The position numbers and the translations under genes were made by a program. A stretch of 64,000 bases of DNA from an uncultured Verrucomicrobiae bacterium. Its GTDB lineage: Bacteria > Verrucomicrobiota > Verrucomicrobiia > Chthoniobacterales > JAFAMB01. The notes under the pieces were generated by a model. The model saw only the letters and a program-made list of their open reading frames with translations, searched no databases and was not told where the DNA came from. Positions 10,051-20,964 of the stretch are shown here, piece by piece; the stretch's first letter is position 1, and every line of letters begins with the position of its first letter. Where the stretch lies: positions 32,001 through 96,000 of the forward strand of contig CAWEXO010000011.1 in NCBI GenBank assembly GCA_963813025.1, written 5' to 3'.

Positions 10051-11937
10051 TCAGATCTCGACTTGGCGACCGATTTCTACCACTGCGCCACGGGGCAGGT
10101 TAACGAATTCACTGACATGGGCGGAGTTGCGCTGCAAGAAGGCGAAGAGCGCTTCTCGCCACATCGGCAGACGCGGCCGATCTGCTCGGCGAAGGACTCT
10201 TTCATGACCAACGTAGTAGGTCACGTCAGAGAGTTCGAGCGTGCACCCGCAGCGTAGGGTCTCCTGCAGCAACGACGGGATGTCGGGCGTTTCCATAAAG
10301 CCGTAGCGCGCCATTCCATTCCAAAAATCAGGCGCAACAAGTTCAATCGTCAGCCGATCGGTCTGCGGTATCCAAGGCCTGGACTCCGTAATCAGGGTCA
10401 GCGCAAGCAGCTTTCGATGGAGCGCCCGATTGTGTTTAACGTGCCAGACCATGACCGGCGGCACTTCGCTCGTCGCTCTCGTAAGAAACACCGCAGTACC
10501 CGGCACTCGGGCAACGCCGGCCTCCTTAATGCGGGCGATGAATTCGGCGGCCGGCTCAGTGCGGCAACGGAGCGCTTCGGAAACCGCGGACGCTCCGCGA
10601 TGCCAGGTCGTCAAGATGCAGTACACTCCAGCCGCGAGCATGAGCGGAACCCAGCCTCCATCCGCGACCTTCAGGAGATTCGCCGCCACGAAGGCGCCGT
10701 CCACACAGAAGAACAAGGCGGCGACCAGAGCGCTGAGCGCCAGGCTCCACCGCCAGATCTCGCGCATCGCAACGAACAGGAGCATTGTTGTCAAAAGCAT
10801 CGTCAGCGATACCGCGATACCATACGCGGCGGCGAGGCGATCTGAGGAGCCAAACCCAACGGTCAAACCGACCGTGACAATCATCAGCAGCCAGTTGACG
10901 GCGCCGACGTAAATCTGACCATAGCCTTCCGATGAGGTCTGGCTGATCCGCAGTCGCGGACACCAGCCGAGCTGTATCGCCTGTCTCGTCATCGAGAATG
11001 CACCGGTGATGATCGCCTGGCTTGCGATGATCGTTGCGACAGTGGCGAGGACGATCAAGGGAAGTAGTAATGGAGCCGGACAAAGGCGATAAAAGATGTT
11101 GTCCTGGATCGACGCGCCCGCCAACACCAGCGCCGTCTGGCCCGCATAGTTCAAGAGCAGAGCGGGAAGCACCAAGGTGTACCACGCCACGCGGATCGGT
11201 CGGACGCCGACGTGCCCCATATCCGCGTAAAGCGCTTCAGCCCCGGTCACGCAGAGGAACACGCCCCCGAGCACAAAGAAACCGCTGGCGCCATGGGTAA
11301 ATAGGAAGGTCAAGCCCAGGCGTGGATCCAAGGCCCGGAGTACCGAAGGATGCTGTATCACCCCCCAGAGCCCAAGGAAGCCAATGCAGATGAACCACAG
11401 CATCATGATCGGCCCGAATACATGGCCGATGCGGGCGGTGCCCTGCGATTGTACGGCAAAGAGCACCACCAGGATAACAACCGAAGCCGGCAGGACAAAG
11501 GGTGTCACCACTGGCTCTACGATCTTCAGGCCCTCGATCGCCGACAAAACCGAGATCGCGGGGGTAATCGCTCCGTCGCCATAAATGAGCGCCGCTCCGA
11601 AAAGGCCGATTGCGATGATCCCCGTCCGATGCCCCTTCTTGACTCCCAGCAGAGACATCAGGGCGAGAATGCCACCCTCGCCATCGTTGTCGACACGCAT
11701 GACCAGGCTGACGTACTTGACTGAGGTCACGATGAGCAGCGTCCAAATGATCAATGACAAGAGACCGAGGGCCACTTGCGGCGACGGCTTGCCACCGGCG
11801 AGTTCGATCACGGTCTTCAGCGTATAAAGCGGGCTCGTGCCGATATCCCCGAAGACGATCCCAAGCGCAGTCAGTGCCAGGGCGGCGACGTTTCCAGTGG
11901 GGCCGGAAGTTCCATTTTTGACCGATAGTTTTTCCAT
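10051..11937 (-). CDS. kup: KUP/HAK/KT potassium transporter
   Basis: GIVFGDIGTSPLY, DNDGEGG, GDGAITPAISVLSAIEG, GAEALYADMGH, VVEIGRQVEI. Confidence 0.95.
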   Translation of the reverse strand: MEKLSVKNGTSGPTGNVAALALTALGIVFGDIGTSPLYTLKTVIELAGGKPSPQVALGLLSLIIWTLLIVTSVKYVSLVMRVDNDGEGGILALMSLLGVKKGHRTGIIAIGLFGAALIYGDGAITPAISVLSAIEGLKIVEPVVTPFVLPASVVILVVLFAVQSQGTARIGHVFGPIMMLWFICIGFLGLWGVIQHPSVLRALDPRLGLTFLFTHGASGFFVLGGVFLCVTGAEALYADMGHVGVRPIRVAWYTLVLPALLLNYAGQTALVLAGASIQDNIFYRLCPAPLLLPLIVLATVATIIASQAIITGAFSMTRQAIQLGWCPRLRISQTSSEGYGQIYVGAVNWLLMIVTVGLTVGFGSSDRLAAAYGIAVSLTMLLTTMLLFVAMREIWRWSLALSALVAALFFCVDGAFVAANLLKVADGGWVPLMLAAGVYCILTTWHRGASAVSEALRCRTEPAAEFIARIKEAGVARVPGTAVFLTRATSEVPPVMVWHVKHNRALHRKLLALTLITESRPWIPQTDRLTIELVAPDFWNGMARYGFMETPDIPSLLQETLRCGCTLELSDVTYYVGHERVLRRADRPRLPMWREALFAFLQRNSAHVSEFVNLPRGAVVEIGRQVEI

Positions 11938-12102
11938 TGGTTTTCTGGCCTCGAGCGAACTGGAACAGGGATGAAAAACGCGGATCGCCGGATTGCAACG
12001 GCGAGCCCCAAGGTAGCAGTCCGAAGAAGAGAAGTCAGGGCCGAGCGAAGTAAATCTCTGTGACCTTTGCGGTCATCTGTGCTAAGTCGTCGCAAGTCAA
12101 CA

Positions 12103-12174
12103 GTCCCCGTAGTTCAACGGATAGAACGGAGGTTTCCTAAACCTTAAATGTGGGTTCGATTCCCGCCGGGGACA
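12103..12174 (+). tRNA. tRNA-Arg (anticodon CCT)
   Basis: Acceptor stem gtccccg/cggggac; anticodon arm gaggt-ttCCTaa-acctt; T-arm ggttcgattcc; CCA not encoded. Confidence 0.95.
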
Positions 12175-12194
12175 GTGTGGGAAGCGGCGGGAGC

Positions 12195-12490
12195 GGTGGG
12201 AGCGGGTTCAGCGGAGGGAGGTAGTTGGACAATTGAGCGTGGTCTACGCCGAGAGTTCGGTTCGGCGTAGACAAGAACGACGCGGTTGATGCGGGGGAGG
12301 CTGGTACATGATTAGCTTGCGGCCTGTCAGCTTCGGTTTGCCGGAGCCGCGGAATGATTGCGCGCTGGCTTCAGTATCGGCGGGCAGTAGACGACAAACG
12401 CCGGTATGCGACCTCTCTTGGAACAAGGGTTGACCAGCTTGCAACTGCTCTGCTCTCGCGCTACCTCCCTCCGCTGAACCCGCTCCCACC
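12195..12490. repeat. Perfect 30-bp inverted repeat pair (12195-12224 / 12461-12490)
   Basis: ggtgggagcgggttcagcggagggaggtag is the exact reverse complement of ctacctccctccgctgaacccgctcccacc. Confidence 0.85.
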
Positions 12491-12824
12491 AGTACCACCG
12501 CTCTCCGAATATGCCATTGGCAGAATCCCCACGGCGCAGGCTGAAGGACGTTATGGATTATCAGAAGAAGCGGCGGACGTTTTTTGAGGTAACTTCGACT
12601 TTTCGAGACATTCTGAGCACGTTGTTGTTCTGCTGCGGAATAGAAATCGCGGAAGTCCCCTGCATGCCTTTTGAACTCGATGCTTTGTGCGGGTAAACAG
12701 CGCTGTTTTGGCTGGTGAGTGCCCGCGTTGACCAGCTTTTTAGTTCCCGTCCCAGTGGAAGGAAGCGGGCTAGACCGAAAGAAAAGGTCAAAGCCATCCG
12801 CCGGACCGGCGCAAGGCTACCTCC

Positions 12825-13421
12825 GTGAATAGTACTCCAGCGCGCTTCGCAGAGTTGGTCGCGATGCTAGGAACTACTAGCGGCAGCAACAAGTTTGACG
12901 TCGGTGAAAACCTTGATATCTCAAGTGATGTGACCTGTGCAGTCGACTTATTTGGGCCGGCAGATTTCACGGCGCCTGAGATGAGTTCTGATGGAGGCGC
13001 CCTCGCTTTGCTGGGAGGCCCGATTCAAGACCATCTCGACGCGGCCCGGTCAACCAGCCCGATTTACTACATTCACGCCGACCAACCTCCCCTGCTTGTC
13101 ATCCACGGAACAGCCGATCACTTAGTTCCATTTCTTCAAAGCGAGCGGTTAGTCGACGCAATGGAAAAAGCTGGTGCACCTTTCTATTTTCACACTGTAG
13201 TTGGCGCAGGGCACAATCCTTATTTTGGACTCAATTTCAATGCATCCAAAACTAACTTCGAAGGAAGCGGGGGCGGTGTCGGCTTGTTTGAAGATCCACT
13301 GGTTGAACCTCTAATTTTTGCCTTTTTCAGACATTATCTTCTCGAAGGTCACAAAGACCTGTTTACGGGCTCGGGATCGAATAACTCTACGATAAAGCCG
13401 GCGAGCGAAATCGGCCGATAG
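12825..13421 (+). pseudogene. Alpha/beta hydrolase (esterase) C-terminal half, 5'-truncated
   Basis: AVDLFGPADF, SPIYYI, PPLLVIHGTADHLVP, GAGH present; N-terminal HGGG and GxSxG absent. Confidence 0.65.
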
Positions 13422-13530
13422 TTGTGGTTGTGCCTGCGGCCCTCGACGAGAGAACCGGCCCGAGGACCGGTTAAGAATTGATTCTCGTCTTCAGGTAAGA
13501 CAAACAAAAAACGATATTGAACATAAAATT

Positions 13531-14721
13531 ATGAACAAGATTACGCGCCTCATTTTACTGACGCATGCCGCGCTCGGTTTTTCGCTAGCACCGGCTCCCG
13601 CCCAAACCCCAGCCCCCGCGCAGCCAACACCCACGCCCAGATTGCGAAATAAATTGACCGAGGTGCTACCGGACAGGCGCGTAACGTTCCGGCTGTTAGC
13701 GCCGAAAGCGAATGCCGTGGACGTCATTATCGGCATCAAAAGCGGACCCTACGAGCCGCAAGGATCCACGACCGCCGCGATGACCAAGGATGTGAACGGC
13801 CTCTGGAGCGTGACGTTGGGGCCCTTAGAGCCGAATCTCTACGCGTACCAATTCAGCCTCGATGGGCGTAAAATTTCTGATCCAGGCAACGACATGCCCA
13901 AACCGCAGCGGCAGGTTGACACGAGCCTGCTGTTAATTCCCGGTACGCCCCCTGATTTCCTGGACGTCCAAAACGGTGCGCATGGAACAATGCGCGATGA
14001 GACCTACTATTCGACCACGCTTGGCAAGAACCGGCGGGTCTTGGTGTACACCCCGCCGAGCTACGACCGTTCTCGCGCTCCCTTACCTGTCCTTTACCTC
14101 TACCACGGCTTCTGGGACACGCGCTACTCCTGGGTAACTGAAGGGAGATTGGCGCAAATCCTGGACAACTTACTTGCTGACGGAAAAGCAGTTCCGATGA
14201 TCGTGGTCGTCCCGGAAGCGCACGCGCTACCTCCTGAGGATATTCCTGGCACGGACAACACACCTTATTTGGCGAAAAATCAGCAGGCGGTGGACGAAGA
14301 GCTTTTCCACGACATCATTCCTTTTGTCGACACCCACTATAACATCAGCCAGGAGCCCCGGGACCGAGCCATTGCGGGGCTATCCATGGGCGGACTCCAG
14401 GCGATTGAGACCGGAATCGTGCACCTGGGCTATTTTCGTTGGATCGGTGCCTTCAGCCCTGGCGTTCGTCCCGCGGCGCTCTCCGAGGAGTTTAAAAACG
14501 CCCTAATGGAGCCGGACAAGATCAATAAAAATCTACTCCTTTTCGACATCGTCACCGGCGATGACGATAAAATCGTCGGAGAAGATGTGAGGAACTTCGA
14601 GGACCAGCTAAAGCAAGCAAACGTCCAACACGTCTATACGCTTTTACCCGGCGGAACCCATAGCATGTTCGTCTGGAGACCTGCGCTCAACAGTTTCCTA
14701 CAACAAGTCTTCAAGTCCTGA
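13531..14721 (+). CDS. Secreted esterase (Ig-like N-domain + Fes/YieL-type esterase)
   Basis: Signal peptide, Pro-rich linker, VTFRLLAPKA, VYTPPSY, LYLYHG, AIAGLSMGG, HSMFVWR. Confidence 0.85.
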   Translation: MNKITRLILLTHAALGFSLAPAPAQTPAPAQPTPTPRLRNKLTEVLPDRRVTFRLLAPKANAVDVIIGIKSGPYEPQGSTTAAMTKDVNGLWSVTLGPLEPNLYAYQFSLDGRKISDPGNDMPKPQRQVDTSLLLIPGTPPDFLDVQNGAHGTMRDETYYSTTLGKNRRVLVYTPPSYDRSRAPLPVLYLYHGFWDTRYSWVTEGRLAQILDNLLADGKAVPMIVVVPEAHALPPEDIPGTDNTPYLAKNQQAVDEELFHDIIPFVDTHYNISQEPRDRAIAGLSMGGLQAIETGIVHLGYFRWIGAFSPGVRPAALSEEFKNALMEPDKINKNLLLFDIVTGDDDKIVGEDVRNFEDQLKQANVQHVYTLLPGGTHSMFVWRPALNSFLQQVFKS

Positions 14722-14797
14722 TGCCGGTACCCCGCGCTATTCACCGAGTTGCTTCAGACTACGCTGGCCAGTTTGACCTGACGAATTCGGGCACTCT

Positions 14798-15640
14798 TTA
14801 ACTTTTGTATGTAAGGATGCGGCCCCAAAGACTCTTGGTTCCCCAGATGCCCGAACGCAGGCATTCGAGCTGGACGATCTGGCTGTGATCCACAAAGAGG
14901 TTTACTTCCGCACCGTAATTTTTGATATACCACGAGAAGACTTCAGGATCCGCCGCTTCAAACATCGGCTTCTCCAGTCCTAGAGCGCTGATGATCCTGG
15001 CGACCACACCGGTTCGCCATGTCTTCACGTTCTCAGTGATGCCCTCCGACTCAATCATAATCATATAGGCACCGGCATCGACAAAACGTTTCGCCTGCGC
15101 GATTGCCCATTCGGGATCGCGCGTTCCTTCGGCTTCCAACTCCACCGCGGCAGTTGCTCCGCCCGCCCCGAACTGGATTCCCACCTCGGGCTTGGCTTTC
15201 AAACCCGCCTTTTGCACTTTCTCCACCAGCCGCAGCCAATCGTCGGTCGGGATCGTGATGAAGCCGGTGGAGACTTCCACGATATCGAAGCCAAGTCGCT
15301 TACATTCTTCAATGTAGCGAGTGACTGCGTCCGGCCCTTGCGTCAGCACGTACTCGATAAAACCGCCAGTGGAGACCAGAACGTTGTGCGCATGGCAGAG
15401 GTCAAGCAGTTCCTTCACCACTCTGGGTGGCATCAAACTGAATGATCCAGCGGCGAACTTGAGCACGTCCACATACGCGCCCATCGTCTCCAGAACATCC
15501 TGCAGGTAGTACTTTCCCATTGGTGTGTAATACGGCCCACGAATCTCTGTTACGCCGCGCGACCGCGGCTTGGCCTGACGCTCATTAATTTTTAGGAAGT
15601 CAAAGGCACGATCCTGGCTGTGAATTTTTGCCTTAGTCAT
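14798..15640 (-). CDS. Phosphosulfolactate synthase (ComA)/Hsa32-like protein
   Basis: KPRSRGVTEIRGPYY, VDVLKF, IESEGITEN, FEAA, LECLRSGIWG. Confidence 0.8.
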   Translation of the reverse strand: MTKAKIHSQDRAFDFLKINERQAKPRSRGVTEIRGPYYTPMGKYYLQDVLETMGAYVDVLKFAAGSFSLMPPRVVKELLDLCHAHNVLVSTGGFIEYVLTQGPDAVTRYIEECKRLGFDIVEVSTGFITIPTDDWLRLVEKVQKAGLKAKPEVGIQFGAGGATAAVELEAEGTRDPEWAIAQAKRFVDAGAYMIMIESEGITENVKTWRTGVVARIISALGLEKPMFEAADPEVFSWYIKNYGAEVNLFVDHSQIVQLECLRSGIWGTKSLWGRILTYKS

Positions 15641-15663
15641 GGTGGCATTCTTCGGTTCATGGT

Positions 15664-17025
15664 TTAGATGCACCCGGTTAGTAGCCCTGTTAAGTCCGCA
15701 ATTTGAATGGATTCCAGACGAGTGACGGCATCCAGAATTTCTTCGCGCAAAGCGGCGTCAGCAAAGTCGCTGCCGAGCCGCTCGTATTTATCGGCCACGG
15801 TCGGCCACGACATCGGCCGAGTGTGAAATCCTTCGTAATCATGTTTTTCCTTGATCAACGTTCGCCCTTCTCGCAGGTGAACGATGATGCGGGATGGCAT
15901 CGCGTTCGGGAATTGAGCGCTAAAGGCTGGAGACGCCCGCACCGCGATTTTCCGCAGCAGATTCTGTACGTCGAAACGCTGAATTCGTTCCGGCAAGTAT
16001 TGTTCGGGCATGACCTGGTCGTCCAGAATGGCAACTGCCACCATGTACTGGAGACTGTGATCGGCTTGCTCTTTTGTGCGTACGATAGTCTTGTCACCTT
16101 CTTCGCCGCCGCCGATGATATTGTAAGCCACGTCGAAAATCTCGATCTCTACTCGATCCATGTCCTTGCCGGCAATCTGGTGTTCGTTTTTGAGTTCTAG
16201 CACGCCTTCGATGGCTGACTGCGAATGGATTTCGGCGTTATACTTCTTGACGATGGTGCGATTCACTCGCTCCAGGTTCTCTTTGGACCAGTCGATTTCG
16301 AAACGGCCGGCGATCGCATCCATAAAACCTTTGTTTCCTTCGAAGACCTCGGGCGGGCCAGTGATGCCCCACTTGGCCAGGAATGCCGCGTGCGTCGCGC
16401 CAAAGGCCGTGTTCGGATAGGCTAACCCTTTCCAATGCGAGAGCGTCCCTGTTCGTGTCGCACGCAACGCATTGAACCCGGTTCCGGCCATGGCGATGGC
16501 ATTTGCAGTTTGCGCTTGGTTCAACCCGAGTGCCTTGGATACCCCGGCGGCAACCGCGTAAGCCCCTTGCGTGGTGTGGTCAAATCCCTTGGCGCGCACC
16601 GGAGCGACTTCACTCAAGCGACACTGCACTTGGTACGCCACGGCCAGTGCCGTGAGCAGGTCGCGTCCGCTTCGACCCGCATACTCAGAGGCGGCCAGAA
16701 CCGATCCGAAGTTATCACTGGGGTGACAGGTCTCGCCGCTGGCTAGAAAGCTGTCGTTGAAATCCAGATAGCGCACCAGTGCGCTGTTGTAGAATGCTGC
16801 GCGATCCGGCGCCGTGCGCCCTCCACCGATCAGTGTGCAATGGCTGACACCGCCGAAATCCTCCGTAAGCGCACGAATTAACTGAATCGGCTCGCCGTTC
16901 AACGCGCCCATCGCGCAGCCAAGCGAGTCCAGGATGCGAATCTTCAATTGATCGCGCGCCGCCGCTGACATTTCATCGTACGAGGCGCGCACCACGAATC
17001 CGGCGAGCTGTTCAACGAGCGTCAT
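15664..17025 (-). CDS. MmgE/PrpD family protein
   Basis: ILDSLGCA, RYLDFND, CHPSDN, ADHSL; GGAGG RBS before MTLVEQ. Confidence 0.88.
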   Translation of the reverse strand: MTLVEQLAGFVVRASYDEMSAAARDQLKIRILDSLGCAMGALNGEPIQLIRALTEDFGGVSHCTLIGGGRTAPDRAAFYNSALVRYLDFNDSFLASGETCHPSDNFGSVLAASEYAGRSGRDLLTALAVAYQVQCRLSEVAPVRAKGFDHTTQGAYAVAAGVSKALGLNQAQTANAIAMAGTGFNALRATRTGTLSHWKGLAYPNTAFGATHAAFLAKWGITGPPEVFEGNKGFMDAIAGRFEIDWSKENLERVNRTIVKKYNAEIHSQSAIEGVLELKNEHQIAGKDMDRVEIEIFDVAYNIIGGGEEGDKTIVRTKEQADHSLQYMVAVAILDDQVMPEQYLPERIQRFDVQNLLRKIAVRASPAFSAQFPNAMPSRIIVHLREGRTLIKEKHDYEGFHTRPMSWPTVADKYERLGSDFADAALREEILDAVTRLESIQIADLTGLLTGCI

Positions 17026-17206
17026 CGGTGCCTCCGAGTTGGTTTGCCGCGCTTTTCGGAGTGAGATGCTCCGCGGCATCGAGGCGATCCTCCGGCTTCC
17101 CTCCACCGGATCCGTTGAGCGGTCCTTGCCTCTGTTTATGCCGGTGTCGTCGGCCATTCATATAACGACGAATTCGAAGAGAACGCCAAAGTATACCACT
17201 GAAACG

Positions 17207-17227
17207 GTATGTCGTTAAACGATATAC
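17207..17227. promoter_or_regulatory. Putative transcription-factor operator (near-perfect palindrome)
   Basis: gtatgtcgtt-a-aacgatatac in the divergent intergenic region upstream of the PrpD-like gene. Confidence 0.4.
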
Positions 17228-17435
17228 ATCCGACGTTCCTGCGGCTCAGACCCGCGGCCTGCGCCGCTTCCTCGATTGACACTTTTTCCCGGTACCGTTG
17301 AAGCGGTAACAATCGTAGCGGTCTGGCCGGCCAGCGTTACAAACTCGACCTCACAGGCGTCGTGCCGAGATACACATGGACAAACAAGCCAACATCGCTA
17401 TGGATTCCCAAAAGGCTTTCGCTACCTTTAAAGTG

Positions 17436-17792
17436 ATGGCAAGTGCAACGTTACAGGACGATACGGTAGTTGTCAGACTTGGGTTTCTCGAGAAGCTTGG
17501 CGCCCTCCATGGCGGGTTACGAGTGCCGCTCTCTGCTATTCGCGAGGTCTCAGTGGCAGATACATTTGTCCCAATACGCGGACTTCGACTCCCGGGGACG
17601 GGCGTGCCTGGAGTGATTGCTCTTGGAACTCGGAGATATCGTGGAGAACGCGACTTCACCGCCCTGTACAAGGGTAGAGAAGCGCTCGTTATGGAACTGG
17701 AGGGCTATAAGTACAAACGCGTCGCCATCTCGATTGCTGATCCGGAGATGAAGAGAGAGCAGATCAAACGGGCGATGAGTCCAGAAAAGTAA
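17436..17792 (+). CDS. Hypothetical protein (possible PH-like fold)
   Basis: Plausible ORF with [17 protein letters not shown]; co-oriented with the macrodomain gene; start uncertain. Confidence 0.55.
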   Translation: MASATLQDDTVVVRLGFLEKLGALHGGLRVPLSAIREVSVADTFVPIRGLRLPGTGVPGVIALGTRRYRGERDFTALYKGREALVMELEGYKYKRVAISIADPEMKREQIKRAMSPEK

Positions 17793-17817
17793 ACCAGATT
17801 CCTTCCAGCGATGCTGT

Positions 17818-18336
17818 ATGGCTTCCGAGAATAGAATCCAGATCGTTGAGGCCGATATCACCGAACTTAACGTCGATGCCATCGTGAACGCGGCAAATGA
17901 ATCATTGCTCGGAGGCGGCGGCGTCGACGGGGCGATTCACTACGCTGCCGGCCCGGACTTACTCGCCGAATGCCGAAAACTGGGTGGCTGTCCGACCGGA
18001 CAAGCGAAGATCACCAAGGGATACAATTTACCAGCCAGGCATGTGATCCATACCGTCGGACCGGTCTGGCGCGGCGGTACTAAAAGAGAGCCAGAACTGT
18101 TGGCCAGTTGTTATCGGCACTCGTTAGCGCTGGCTGCCGATCATTCGTTGAAGACAATCGCATTTCCCGCAATCAGTTGCGGCATTTATGGTTATCCAAT
18201 CGATCAGGCGGTCCAAATCGCTGTTCACGAAACGATGGACTATCTCGCCAAACAGGCCGTTCCCGAAAAAGTGATTTTTGCGTGCTTTAACCGGGACATT
18301 TACACCGCGTATCAAAACGCGATCGCGAATGCTTGA
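17818..18336 (+). CDS. Macrodomain O-acetyl-ADP-ribose deacetylase (YmdB-like)
   Basis: [43 protein letters not shown]. Confidence 0.93.
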   Translation: MASENRIQIVEADITELNVDAIVNAANESLLGGGGVDGAIHYAAGPDLLAECRKLGGCPTGQAKITKGYNLPARHVIHTVGPVWRGGTKREPELLASCYRHSLALAADHSLKTIAFPAISCGIYGYPIDQAVQIAVHETMDYLAKQAVPEKVIFACFNRDIYTAYQNAIANA

Positions 18337-18467
18337 GACGGTGTTCTGACCTTAGCGCGCACTCAGACCGATGCTGCACGCGTGCTGAAGCGCGACGCCG
18401 GGCGTCGGAGGAGGCTGCGCACGAAGGCAGAGAGGCCTTCTTGCGGACAGAAAGTTTCCACCCAGGT

Positions 18468-18519
18468 TTGACAAGGCAAAACCGCAAGCTTACATGATCG
18501 GTCACGTGATTAATCACGT
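18468..18519 (+). promoter_or_regulatory. Putative promoter/operator of the sugar ABC operon
   Basis: TTGACA at 18468-18473; tgatcggtca near-palindrome; perfect 16-bp palindrome acgtgattaatcacgt at 18504-18519. Confidence 0.55.
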
Positions 18520-18612
18520 AACCTAAACCGTCCCCCTTATTTGGTTCTTTGTCGTCTAAGTTTTTCATCACATCCCGCCCAAAATGGGCGTCGCGTTACC
18601 CCCATCCACATC

Positions 18613-19905
18613 ATGAAAACCCTGCTCTCTCCATCAGCTAAGTCACCATGGATCGCGATTATACTGGTGACACTGTTCACTGGCGCTGGCTTTCCCGCGA
18701 TCACCCGCGGCGAAAACCACGTGGATCTTCAGTTTTGGGACATGATCTGGGGACCGCCTGAGTATATCGACACCGGAAAAGCCCTGGTCGCCCAGTTTAA
18801 CCGGGAACATCCGGAAATCACGGTCACCTACCGGTCGGTACCCTGGTCCAATTGGTATCAAACCTTTCTGACCGCCATCGGTTCGGGGACGGCCCCTGAC
18901 TTGAGTACGGGAGCAGGCTACCAGGCCGTCCAGCTCTACGACCAGGGAGCCATCCTGCCGATCGACGACGTCATCGCCGAGTTAAAAGCCAACGGCAAAC
19001 TGAACGACTTTTTACCCAATACCGTCGAAACCCTGAAGTACGACAATCATTATGTGGCGTTGCCGTGGGCGATTGACATTCGGGTGTGGTATTACCGCAA
19101 AGATCTCTTCGAGCAGGCGAACGTCCAGCCTCCAACGAATTGGCAGGAGTTTAAGTCAGCGGTCCTCGCGCTCACCAAAGCTGCCAGCGACCAGTATGGA
19201 CTGGTCGCTTGCGGGGATACCCTGGGATCACATTATCTCTACACCCTGATCCTGAACAACGGAGGAGGCCTGTTCACGACGAATCGGAAAGTCGATCTCG
19301 GCTCCGAGCGAAACGTGGAGGCCTTGCGATTTCTTGCCGATCTGGTGCAAAGTCACGGAGTCTATCCGGCCAGCGCCGGTTATCACGATGAGGATGCGGT
19401 CAGCGCCTTCAGCCAAGGAAAAGCCGCCATCATTTTGCATGCTCCGGGTCTGGGCAACCGGCTGCCAAAATTAAGCGACAAGATTGGTCAGCTAAACCCG
19501 CTCGTTGGGCCGCACAACGACAAAGGAACTATTTTTTGGGTCAACAATATTATGCTCTACAAACAGAGCAAGCATCCCGCCGAAACCAAGGTCTTTCTCG
19601 AATGGTGGTCTGAGCATGAAAAAGATCTCTGGACCAAGGGGCACGTTACTCAGCTGCCTGTAAGAAAATCATTTGCGGCCGACTCCTACTTCACCAACAA
19701 CGCCGAAACTAAATTGATTCTGGAAAACTATTTGCCGGTTGCCAAAACCACGGCAACCCACGCTAAAGAGATTTTCCCGCAACTCAATGACATCGAAGGC
19801 GAAGGCGTAATGCAGACGCTAACTCAAAATATTCTTCAGGGAAAAGACTTAGATACCTCGATCAAGGCGGCTTCCGCTCGGATGAAATCCATCATGGAAG
19901 AATGA
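18613..19905 (+). CDS. Sugar ABC transporter substrate-binding protein
   Basis: Signal peptide, FNREHPEITV, YALPW..D, YYRKDLF, PPTNWQEF. Confidence 0.9.
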   Translation: MKTLLSPSAKSPWIAIILVTLFTGAGFPAITRGENHVDLQFWDMIWGPPEYIDTGKALVAQFNREHPEITVTYRSVPWSNWYQTFLTAIGSGTAPDLSTGAGYQAVQLYDQGAILPIDDVIAELKANGKLNDFLPNTVETLKYDNHYVALPWAIDIRVWYYRKDLFEQANVQPPTNWQEFKSAVLALTKAASDQYGLVACGDTLGSHYLYTLILNNGGGLFTTNRKVDLGSERNVEALRFLADLVQSHGVYPASAGYHDEDAVSAFSQGKAAIILHAPGLGNRLPKLSDKIGQLNPLVGPHNDKGTIFWVNNIMLYKQSKHPAETKVFLEWWSEHEKDLWTKGHVTQLPVRKSFAADSYFTNNAETKLILENYLPVAKTTATHAKEIFPQLNDIEGEGVMQTLTQNILQGKDLDTSIKAASARMKSIMEE

Positions 19906-20027
19906 CCAGCTTTGCCACAGTTGCGGGGCCACGCTTCCTGCCGGAAGAGCTAAGCTTCTTAAGGACGCGGTGGTGCCGCAGCCACATTGGTTGAGCCTGT
20001 GTTCACAAGTCTTTTGTATTAGCAGCG

Positions 20028-20951
20028 ATGTCCTCGGTCACAGCTCGGCCACCCAGTTCGCCCGCTTCCGCGAGCTCGGTTCGCCCGCGTCGAGCACCAC
20101 TGGGACCCGCCTTGCCTTATCTTCTGCTGGCTCCTTCACTCGCTCTCATCTTTATCATCGAATTCTATCCGTTCGTCACCGGCATTTCCTACAGCCTTCA
20201 TAAAGGTTCGCTTCTTGGGACACAGGCCTTCGTCGGGCTTCAGAATTATATACGACTCTTCAATTCCCCGGACTTTTATAACTCGCTCTACTTCAGTTTT
20301 CTCTTTGCCCTCTTCAATGTCGGCTTCAGCTATCTGATAGGACTCGGACTGGCTCTGCTCTTGAACCTTCATTTTCCCGGTCGAGGCTTGTGCCGGGTCC
20401 TCCTCCTTATCCCGTGGATCGTACCCGCGGTCGTTTCGATCGTCAGTTGGAAATGGCTGATTGCCGATCGCGGAGGCCTGGTTAATATCATCCTGACTCG
20501 CTTCGGTTTCGGGCCGATTTATTTCTTGAGCGACAGCAATTGGGCGATGGTCGCGGTAATCGCGATTAAGATCTGGCGGAGCTTCCCCTTCATGATGTTA
20601 AGCCTGCTCGCACAAATCCAGGTGATCGATCGCAACCTCTATGAAGCTGCCAAATTAGACGGCGCTAACCCCTGGAAGCTGTTCTGGTATATTACCCTGC
20701 CACACTTAAAGAATATCTCGATTATCCAGGCCATTCTCATGATCATCTGGAGCATTAATGACTTCGAAACGCCGTACCTCTTGACTCAGGGCGGTCCGTC
20801 CAATGCCACGGAAAATCTGATTTTGCTCTCTTACCGCTATACTTTTGGCAGAAACGATGTCGGTCGCGGATCGGCCGTGGCGCTAGTCAGCTTAGTTTTT
20901 TTGATGATTCTGGCCTGTCTGATGTTGCGCCAACAGCGAAAGATTCTCTAG
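20028..20951 (+). CDS. Sugar ABC transporter permease
   Basis: FVGLQNY, LYEAAKLDGA EAA loop, LTQGGP. Confidence 0.92.
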   Translation: MSSVTARPPSSPASASSVRPRRAPLGPALPYLLLAPSLALIFIIEFYPFVTGISYSLHKGSLLGTQAFVGLQNYIRLFNSPDFYNSLYFSFLFALFNVGFSYLIGLGLALLLNLHFPGRGLCRVLLLIPWIVPAVVSIVSWKWLIADRGGLVNIILTRFGFGPIYFLSDSNWAMVAVIAIKIWRSFPFMMLSLLAQIQVIDRNLYEAAKLDGANPWKLFWYITLPHLKNISIIQAILMIIWSINDFETPYLLTQGGPSNATENLILLSYRYTFGRNDVGRGSAVALVSLVFLMILACLMLRQQRKIL

Positions 20952-20964
20952 CAACCTTTGGAAT

